Shown one piece after another: positions 48,207 through 54,322 of a stretch of 64,000 bases of DNA. The stretch lies in the NCBI GenBank assembly GCA_023665205.1, contig JAMPEJ010000001.1, positions 152,116 to 216,115 on the forward strand, read 5' to 3'. Under the pieces are notes generated by a model. That model was not told the origin of the DNA and did not search any database. It saw only the letters and a program-made list of their open reading frames with translations. The position numbers were made by a program, and so were the translations under genes. This stretch comes from Corallococcus sp. GTDB taxonomy: Bacteria; Bacillota; Clostridia; Christensenellales; CAG-314. Positions within the stretch are counted from its first letter, which is position 1, and every line of letters begins with the position of its first letter.

Positions 48207-48235
48207 ATTGTAGCACAAAAAATTGCTTTTTGCAA
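48207..48235 (-). promoter_or_regulatory. sigma-A promoter positioned for a leaderless metallophosphoesterase mRNA
   Basis: Minus strand reads TTGCAA (48235..48230), a 17-nt spacer, TACAAT (48212..48207), then 6 nt to ATG 48200. No SD is present. Confidence 0.5.
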
Positions 48236-48260
48236 CACACAAATTTATACTAACATTTTC

Positions 48261-48482
48261 TTACTTTTGCGCGCTTTTGTTACGTTTTATCTCACATTGC
48301 TTACACATTATATCGTCGATACCCATATAATTTTTTTCACAATAAGGGCACAACAACTGTTCCGAATCTTCATTGTCAAATATACTGCGTTTGCCTAACA
48401 ATTCGTCCTTACAAACTTGACATAATTCATTTTCCTGCAAAATATAATTAAGTCCGCAACGCGGGCACTTTTTGTATTTCAA
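48261..48482 (-). CDS. small double zinc-ribbon protein (73 aa)
   Basis: MKYKKCPRCGLNYILQENELCQVCKDE...LLCPYCEKNYMGIDDIMCKQCEIK contains two CxxC-N(14-16)-CxxC pairs. Confidence 0.5.
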   Translation of the reverse strand: MKYKKCPRCGLNYILQENELCQVCKDELLGKRSIFDNEDSEQLLCPYCEKNYMGIDDIMCKQCEIKRNKSAQK

Positions 48483-48594
48483 GGGGTAATCTCCAACTAT
48501 TTACCACACTATGAAATCTTGCATATATTTGTTACAAATCTATGTTACACAATTATATTTTTTGCGACCACAGCCGATTAACAACTTAGCACAA

Positions 48595-48623
48595 AGTAAA
48601 AAGAACCTCCGCCGTGAGGTTCT
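48595..48623 (-). terminator. intrinsic terminator after the 213-aa orphan gene
   Basis: The minus-strand hairpin AGAACCUC-ACGGCG-GAGGUUCU is followed by UUUUUAC. Confidence 0.8.
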
Positions 48624-48641
48624 TTTTATCAACGAAAAAAC

Positions 48642-49283
48642 TTATCTGTTTCCGCTTCCGTTTGTAGTTCCTCCGCCCGGATACAAAGGCAGCTCAAAAT
48701 ATCCCGAGCACACTTCCTCGTTGTAATCTTGGCAAGGCGGGATCACTGCGTATCCGTAACTGGGAACGATCAATTCCACGTCCATAGTAACTTTCAGTAT
48801 TGCAGTCACGCAGCAATTGATAACAAACAGATAATACGTCACGCCGTCGATTTCCTGCGTTTGACTAAACGTACCGTCAGGGCTGACCGCAGAAACGCTT
48901 ACTTCGATTTTGTAAGGTATAATGGACGGTTCAGGCAAATACATAACCACGTTTACCGGCAGTGTGACCGTTCCGGAGCCGCTTCCTTCCACGTTATTTG
49001 CATCTATGTACGTAACTTCTACGGGAACGACTATATCTGCTTCTACCCTTCCGTATTTGGGGCGTTCCTGCAAACGCTCTACAACAAGATTTTCCACCAT
49101 TCCTACGGTTGTCGTGCTTTTGCAACTCACAAAACGCAACGGCGTGACGGGATTATCCGGATTGACTTCGCTAACGCTAACCGTAATTTGTTGCAGCGTA
49201 GTTTGTTTCATGCAAGCGTCAAAAACTTTTTTGCCTTGAATACATATTTTTTCGTTGCAATTGCCATCATTGTTTATCGGCAT
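48642..49283 (-). CDS. hypothetical protein (213 aa, beta-rich, 8 Cys, no signal peptide)
   Basis: Strong SD (AAGGAGGA), its own terminator, and gene-like codon usage. No family was recognised from the sequence. Confidence 0.6.
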   Translation of the reverse strand: MPINNDGNCNEKICIQGKKVFDACMKQTTLQQITVSVSEVNPDNPVTPLRFVSCKSTTTVGMVENLVVERLQERPKYGRVEADIVVPVEVTYIDANNVEGSGSGTVTLPVNVVMYLPEPSIIPYKIEVSVSAVSPDGTFSQTQEIDGVTYYLFVINCCVTAILKVTMDVELIVPSYGYAVIPPCQDYNEEVCSGYFELPLYPGGGTTNGSGNR

Positions 49284-49371
49284 TATTTGTCCTCCTTGTT
49301 TTTCAGTACTAGTCTATGACAATGCAGTAAAAAATGTGTCACAACAAAATTTTGTCTATTATAGTATTAAA

Positions 49372-49403
49372 ACAAAAAAAATAACGCCCGACGTTGTCGG
49401 GCG
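49372..49403 (-). terminator. intrinsic terminator after tetR
   Basis: The minus-strand hairpin CGCCCGAC-AAC-GUCGGGCG is followed by UUAUUUUUUUU. Confidence 0.85.
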
Positions 49404-49418
49404 AATATTCGCAAAAAT

Positions 49419-50006
49419 TTAGTCCACTTCGTAGTGATAAAAACGGTCTACCATATGTCCGAAATAGAAAGTAATCAACTCGCGTACGTTTTGTTTTTGC
49501 TCGTCTATGGGTAAATCCTTGCTTAAAACTTTGAATAAACTTGTCAAAAATCCTTCCGCAACCGCATTATAAAAATCGGGATTTTTGATTTTTTCGTCAA
49601 TTTCCGGAAATGAGCGTTCCAACATTTCGCGGATTTTTTTGGATATCGATTCAACCAAATAATTGATAAAACTTTCGTAATGAACGGAATTACCTTTTCT
49701 GATTATCAGCAACTCGTCGCTGTGAGCGACCAAAAATTCAACTAATATCTCCGAAGCATCGCGCATGTCTCTCGATTCAAATACGATGTCGTGCTCTATC
49801 ACTTGTTTTATACTGGTTATAAACGGATTTATAACGGCAAAGTACAACGCTTCTTTATTATCGAAATAACGATATATATTTCCCAACGAGATTTCCGCAT
49901 TGTTTGCAATATTTCTTATAGAGGCGTCTGCATATCCGTGTTCCTTAAATTCGGTAACTGCCGAAGCAAGAATATTTTCCTTTATTTCTTTTTTCAAGTA
50001 TTGCAT
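49419..50006 (-). CDS. TetR/AcrR family transcriptional regulator
   Basis: N-terminal HTH (ILASAVTEFKEHGYADASIRNIANNAEISLGNIYRYFDNKEALY), 195 aa. Confidence 0.85.
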   Translation of the reverse strand: MQYLKKEIKENILASAVTEFKEHGYADASIRNIANNAEISLGNIYRYFDNKEALYFAVINPFITSIKQVIEHDIVFESRDMRDASEILVEFLVAHSDELLIIRKGNSVHYESFINYLVESISKKIREMLERSFPEIDEKIKNPDFYNAVAEGFLTSLFKVLSKDLPIDEQKQNVRELITFYFGHMVDRFYHYEVD

Positions 50007-50030
50007 ACAAAGCGCCTCCCAATTGAGAAT

Positions 50031-50059
50031 ATTGTATCACGACGACAAAATTATTGCAA
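50031..50059 (-). promoter_or_regulatory. sigma-A promoter for tetR
   Basis: Minus strand reads TTGCAA, a 17-nt spacer, then TACAAT. GGGAGG SD lies before ATG 50006. Confidence 0.6.
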
Positions 50060-50127
50060 CTGTTTAGTAAAACATTTTGACAATCTTTCATTTTTAGATT
50101 ATAGTTTCGCACAAGATTATATATGGC

Positions 50128-50160
50128 AATAAAAAAGCAATTGCGTCAACCGCAACTGCT
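50128..50160 (-). terminator. intrinsic terminator after the spo0A homologue
   Basis: A 10-bp minus-strand stem (AGCAGUUGCG / CGCAAUUGCU, one G-U pair) is followed by UUUUUUAUU. Confidence 0.8.
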
Positions 50161-50185
50161 TTTTATACATTTTAACACATACAAC

Positions 50186-50914
50186 TTAATACGCGCACTC
50201 CAACAACATTTTATCTGCCAAAAGCGCTATAAATTCGCCGTTAGTAGGTTTTTCAGACGAAGTATAAACCTTTACGCCGAAAATATTGTTGATATTCTCT
50301 ATTTTGCCGCGGTTCCAAGCCACTTCTATCGCATGACGGATCGCTCTTTCCACTTTACTGGGCGTAGTGTTAAATTTTTTGGCAATGGAAGGATACAATG
50401 CCTTAGTAATTGCATTTATAATAGGCGGATTTTCTACAGCCAATTTTATGCCTTCCCGCAAAAATTGGTAGCCCTTTATATGCGCAGGTATACCAACCGT
50501 AACAAAAATATTGCTTATGCGTTCATCCAACGTTTTTTCCGAAACGCTTTTTTTGCGCAATACTTTACCGCCCAACTTTTCGCCTTCAGCCACGTTGGTT
50601 ATACGCTGTTCCAAAACGCTGAATTCCAAAGGCTTTACCAAATAGTATTTCGCACCTTGATCCAACGCTTTGATAACAAATACCTCGCTTTTCAATTCTG
50701 AAGCCACGATAAATTTAACGTCGCGATATTTTTCCAAAAGCGCATATCCGTCCTCGCCCGACATCATCAATTCAGTAATAACTACGTCAGCAGATACGGT
50801 ATCCAAGTAATGCCTGGCATCGCGACCGTCTACGCTGTAAACGACTTGGAAATTTTCTTGAGTTTCCAATTTTTCTTGTAACCCGGGCTGCCCGATCAAT
50901 CCGATTTTAATCAT
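50186..50914 (-). CDS. spo0A: Spo0A-family regulator with a degenerate (pseudo-)receiver domain
   Basis: Start at ATG 50914 (GGGAGGG 6 nt upstream). The C-terminus is canonical Spo0A (GIPAHIKGYQFLREGI, LYPSIAKKFNTTPSKVERAIRHAIEVAW, EKPTNGEFIALLADKM). The receiver has Glu at the acceptor site (DVVITELMMSGEDG) and GQ in place of the acidic DD pair (IGLIGQPG). Confidence 0.85.
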   Translation of the reverse strand: MIKIGLIGQPGLQEKLETQENFQVVYSVDGRDARHYLDTVSADVVITELMMSGEDGYALLEKYRDVKFIVASELKSEVFVIKALDQGAKYYLVKPLEFSVLEQRITNVAEGEKLGGKVLRKKSVSEKTLDERISNIFVTVGIPAHIKGYQFLREGIKLAVENPPIINAITKALYPSIAKKFNTTPSKVERAIRHAIEVAWNRGKIENINNIFGVKVYTSSEKPTNGEFIALLADKMLLECAY

Positions 50915-51034
50915 GGATTTCCCTCCCATCATCTTTGTGTCCCAATTATAACACAGGATTAAAGTGAACTCCGTGTCGACTTTTGTAACTTTTAATCTAT
51001 TTTTGTCGAGAAATATCGAATAAAGTTTGTAAAT

Positions 51035-51062
51035 ATAAAAAACGACGCGAAAATTCGCGTCG
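51035..51062 (-). terminator. intrinsic terminator after the 128-aa membrane protein gene
   Basis: The minus-strand hairpin CGACGCGA-AUUU-UCGCGUCG is followed by UUUUUUAUAUUU. Confidence 0.8.
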
Positions 51063-51079
51063 GTATTCAAAAAGGCCAA

Positions 51080-51466
51080 TTATTCTTCTTTTTCCGAATT
51101 ATTTTCGGGTTCGCTATCCAAAAGAAAAGTTTCGTCAGGATCTACAGTTTCAACGTCTGATACGTCGTAATCCACCTCTTTTGACGTCAACTTTTTGTAT
51201 TTTTTAATATCGGGCAGTATGCAAATATAAAAAGTACTGCCACACGCGACCATAAGAGATTTACAGATTATAAATATCACTACGTTCAAAATCGGTATCC
51301 AGGAAAAAATCATATTGATTGCCGTAAGAATCATTTCTAATAAAAACATTACGGAATATATCGGCAAACCGACGATAAGACACAATGTTTTTAATAAACA
51401 ATACCAAAAATTTTTACTTGTATAGTGAAATACCCAATACCAACGTTGCTTATAATATTCTTTCAT
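51080..51466 (-). CDS. hypothetical small membrane protein (3 TM, acidic C-terminal tail)
   Basis: 128-aa ORF with hydrophobic segments and an acidic tail (DVSDVETVDPDETFLLDSEPENNSEKEE). No family was recognised. Confidence 0.5.
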   Translation of the reverse strand: MKEYYKQRWYWVFHYTSKNFWYCLLKTLCLIVGLPIYSVMFLLEMILTAINMIFSWIPILNVVIFIICKSLMVACGSTFYICILPDIKKYKKLTSKEVDYDVSDVETVDPDETFLLDSEPENNSEKEE

Positions 51467-51588
51467 TACTTTATCCTTGATAATAAAACATTTTACTATA
51501 ATATTTGCTCGGTGTCAAATATCTGTCACGTTACATAATGTAAAGAGAAAAATACTTAAAATTTGTACCCTTTGTTTACTGCAAATTG

Positions 51589-51617
51589 TTGACATATCTG
51601 TAAATCAACATTACAAT
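51589..51617 (+). promoter_or_regulatory. sigma-A promoter of the mgtE leader
   Basis: TTGACA (51589..51594), a 17-nt spacer, then TACAAT (51612..51617). Confidence 0.75.
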
Positions 51618-51633
51618 ATGATTATAAAATATC

Positions 51634-51833
51634 CGGTAGGTGAGGCTACCACAAGGATACGGGTTGCTGCCGACTAAACGTGGAGACACGTTATGTATGG
51701 TAAACAGGTTATGTCGAAGCCAAGGCGTAACTTAACGCAATTTCATTGCCTTGTGATGCTAAAACTTGTTATGGTAGAAACATTGAGTTTGCGTAATTGA
51801 TGTCTGTACTGTTACAAGTACAGATTTTTTTAT
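51634..51833 (+). promoter_or_regulatory. M-box (ykoK) Mg2+ riboswitch with an intrinsic terminator
   Basis: GGTAGGTGAGGCTACC...GATACGGGTTGCTGCCGACTAAACGTGGAGACACG...GGTAAACAGG...AAGCCAAGGCG...GATGCTAAAACTTG matches conserved M-box blocks. The terminator UCUGUACU-GUUACA-AGUACAGA plus UUUUUUU is at 51802..51833. mgtE lies directly downstream. Confidence 0.85.
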
Positions 51834-51870
51834 TATCACATACACAATACCGGAATCGGGAGGTGAAATT

Positions 51871-53262
51871 ATGGAAAAAGAATTTGACGTTGTTACAGAA
51901 GAACAAGAAATAACGATCCAGTTGCTACAATCCTTGCTTAACGTCAAAGACTTTCGCAAGATCAAACGTCTGTTGGAAAATTTGAAACCGCAAGATACCG
52001 CCGCATTACTTGAAGAACTGCCTGAAAAAGAAATGCCTCCCGTATTTCGATTGCTTTCCAAAGAAAACGCCGCAGAGACTTTTGTAGAAATGTCGTCCGA
52101 CAAACAAGAACTGCTGTTGTCGGTATTTTCCGATGCGGAACTTAAAGCCGTATTCGAAGAAATGTTTTTGGACGATACGGTAGATATAATTGAAGAAATG
52201 CCGGCAAACGTAGTAAAGCGCATCATTGCCCAGTCGGATACCGAAACTCGCAAACAAATAAACGAAATATTGCAATATCCCAAAGACAGTGCCGGTACCA
52301 TTATGACGGTAGAATACGTCAGCCTAAAAGAACACTGGACCGTAATGCAATGCTTTGAACATATCAGAAAAATCGCTCTAGACAAAGAAACGATTTACAA
52401 CTGCTACGTAACCGACGACAAACGTAAACTTTTAGGCAGCGTAACGGTAAAAGACTTACTTCTAAATAAATACGAAACCACCGTTACGGAGATTATGGAG
52501 CAGGACGTTATTTGCGTAGAAACTACCGACGACAAAGAGTTTGCCGCGCAGCAAATATCAAAATACGACCTTTCTGCCATTCCTGTAACCGACGCGGAAA
52601 ACCGAATTGTCGGCATCATTACCGTTGACGACGTACTGGACGTCATGGAACAGGAAGCAACCGAAGATATAGCAAAAATGGCCGCAGTAACGCCCTCTAA
52701 CGACACGTATATGGAACAAAGCGTATGGCAAATTTGGAAGAACCGCTTGCCCTGGCTACTCATTTTGATGCTATCCGCAACTTTTACCGGACTAATTATC
52801 AACCACTTTGAAAACACATTGGACGCTTTACTTTTTGCTTGTGTTCCAATGATAATGGGAACGGGAGGAAATGCCGGAAGCCAAGCATCTGTAACAATAA
52901 CGCGCAGTCTTGCAATAGATGAAATCCGTCCGAAAGATACCCTGCGAGTATTATGGAAAGAATTGCGGGTTGCGGCGTGCCTTGCTGCCGTACTTGCAAT
53001 TGCGTGTTTTGGAAAACTGTATCTAATCGACGGACTCCTTTTCCACAATGCCTACACATGGGACGTTTGCTTGACTGTTTCCATCGCGATGTTTTTAACA
53101 ATTATGTTGGCAAAATTTGTGGGTTGCCTAATGCCGATTTTGGCAAAAGTGTGTCGTTTGGACCCTGCAGTTGTAGCAAGCCCTTTCATTACCACCATTG
53201 TCGACATATTTTCTCTTTTAATTTTTTGCGGAATTGCAACCACTATTTTACCTGCCATATAA
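51871..53262 (+). CDS. mgtE: magnesium transporter MgtE
   Basis: 463 aa with the MgtE N-domain, tandem CBS domains and a C-terminal 5-TM domain (PMIMGTGGNAGSQAS, SPFITTIVD). Confidence 0.95.
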   Translation: MEKEFDVVTEEQEITIQLLQSLLNVKDFRKIKRLLENLKPQDTAALLEELPEKEMPPVFRLLSKENAAETFVEMSSDKQELLLSVFSDAELKAVFEEMFLDDTVDIIEEMPANVVKRIIAQSDTETRKQINEILQYPKDSAGTIMTVEYVSLKEHWTVMQCFEHIRKIALDKETIYNCYVTDDKRKLLGSVTVKDLLLNKYETTVTEIMEQDVICVETTDDKEFAAQQISKYDLSAIPVTDAENRIVGIITVDDVLDVMEQEATEDIAKMAAVTPSNDTYMEQSVWQIWKNRLPWLLILMLSATFTGLIINHFENTLDALLFACVPMIMGTGGNAGSQASVTITRSLAIDEIRPKDTLRVLWKELRVAACLAAVLAIACFGKLYLIDGLLFHNAYTWDVCLTVSIAMFLTIMLAKFVGCLMPILAKVCRLDPAVVASPFITTIVDIFSLLIFCGIATTILPAI

Positions 53263-53289
53263 CAAAATACTGAAAATCAGGCGTGCCTC

Positions 53290-53323
53290 CAAAGTTTTGA
53301 AATTGGAGGCACGCAAATTTTGA
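53290..53323. terminator. bidirectional hairpin between mgtE and ydcF
   Basis: A perfect 12-bp stem (GCGUGCCUCCAA / UUGGAGGCACGC) with a 10-nt loop has short U-runs offset on both strands. Confidence 0.6.
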
Positions 53324-53352
53324 AATATAAAAGAAAAAATACTCAACATATT

Positions 53353-53781
53353 TTATATCTTTACGTTTTTGCAATACGGCTGCACTTGTATATTTGGATA
53401 CTTTTTGAGCCGTTTTCTAAAAAGTTTGACAGGATTGAGATACCACCGCTTCATATGTTCCTGCGAAGTGCAAAGAAATACGTTTTTCGCGCCAATGCCT
53501 ACAATGATTGGCACTGCATACTTAGCATTCTGTTTAGTCGTCAACGATTTATCCTCTTGCACTATCAAATCCTTATCTATGCCGTGCATTACCAACCAGT
53601 CTTTCATCACTTGCGCTTCGCTAACTCCTGCTGCGGGATTAGCCACGCCGCCAGAAACTATAATTTTATCCGGAGAATACTCGGTTATCAATTGCATCGC
53701 AAGCATCAAACGTTCTTCCATCACCGCCGTGATACTTGCATCGTCGTTTAATCTGTTTCCTAAAATCACGGCAACCTTCAT
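53353..53781 (-). CDS. YdcF family (DUF218) protein
   Basis: 142 aa. MKVAVILGNRLNDD...IIVSGG...SEAQVMKDWLVMHGI...IVQEDKSLTTKQNA matches the DUF218/YdcF pattern. Confidence 0.7.
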   Translation of the reverse strand: MKVAVILGNRLNDDASITAVMEERLMLAMQLITEYSPDKIIVSGGVANPAAGVSEAQVMKDWLVMHGIDKDLIVQEDKSLTTKQNAKYAVPIIVGIGAKNVFLCTSQEHMKRWYLNPVKLFRKRLKKYPNIQVQPYCKNVKI

Positions 53782-53905
53782 TTCTACACCTATATCAAAT
53801 TATTTATATACTTATTCTAACACAAGGCTGTTGTGCAGTCAATTTACATTCAACTAAGTTGCTAAAAAGTCTACAAAACTTTTTGTGAAAAATTGTACAA
53901 AATAA

Positions 53906-53934
53906 TTGACAAACATACAGCGTAGTGGTAAGAT
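53906..53934 (+). promoter_or_regulatory. sigma-A promoter of tRNA-Asn
   Basis: TTGACA, a 17-nt spacer, then TAAGAT, 18 nt upstream of the tRNA 5' end. Confidence 0.65.
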
Positions 53935-53952
53935 ATCTAAGCAAATAGATAT

Positions 53953-54027
53953 TCCTCAATAGCTCAGCGGCAGAGCATCCGGCTGTTAACCGGAGGGTCG
54001 TAGGTTCAAACCCTACTTGGGGAGCCA
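53953..54027 (+). tRNA. tRNA-Asn (anticodon GTT), CCA encoded
   Basis: TCCTCAATAGCTCAGCGGCAGAGCATCCGGCTGTTAACCGGAGGGTCGTAGGTTCAAACCCTACTTGGGGAGCCA has a 7-bp acceptor stem, an AGCTCAGCGG D-loop, the anticodon loop CTGTTAA, and a GGTTCAAAC T-loop. Confidence 0.95.
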
Positions 54028-54216
54028 TTGTGCGAAACAGTACAATACGGTTTCGCTACACAAAAGATAAAAAAGGACACTTTATCAGTGTTCCTTTTTG
54101 ATTATACGCAGATTTTATACAACGTTCAAATTTATAAGGAATTAATTTCATTTTTATTTATCTTTTATTATCACAATAATATATTGCAAATTTCAAATAA
54201 AACACATTTTGTCAAC

Positions 54217-54245
54217 TTGACTTTAACATTATTAAAGTATATAAT
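54217..54245 (+). promoter_or_regulatory. sigma-A promoter of nifJ (PFOR)
   Basis: TTGACT, a 17-nt spacer, then TATAAT, about 75 nt upstream of ATG 54323. Confidence 0.7.
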
Positions 54246-54322
54246 TAACTTTGTATGGTACAAGCGTAAAAAAGCGATTGTTCATCAAAAAATCAGATTA
54301 CTTTTTTGGAGGAAAAACAATA

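Noticed and set aside
51759-53048. 208-aa and 214-aa minus-strand ORFs opposite the M-box and mgtE
   Set aside because: They are antisense shadows of mgtE and its riboswitch. The Ser/Thr-rich junk translation has no SD.
53804-54028. 74-aa minus-strand ORF
   Set aside because: It overlaps the tRNA-Asn gene and its promoter on the opposite strand. It is an artefact.
54211-54223. GTCAA-C-TTGAC palindrome overlapping the -35 of the PFOR promoter, considered as a Rex or CcpA site
   Set aside because: It is only 5+5 nt and matches neither the Rex (TTGTGAA...TTCACAA-type) nor the cre consensus.
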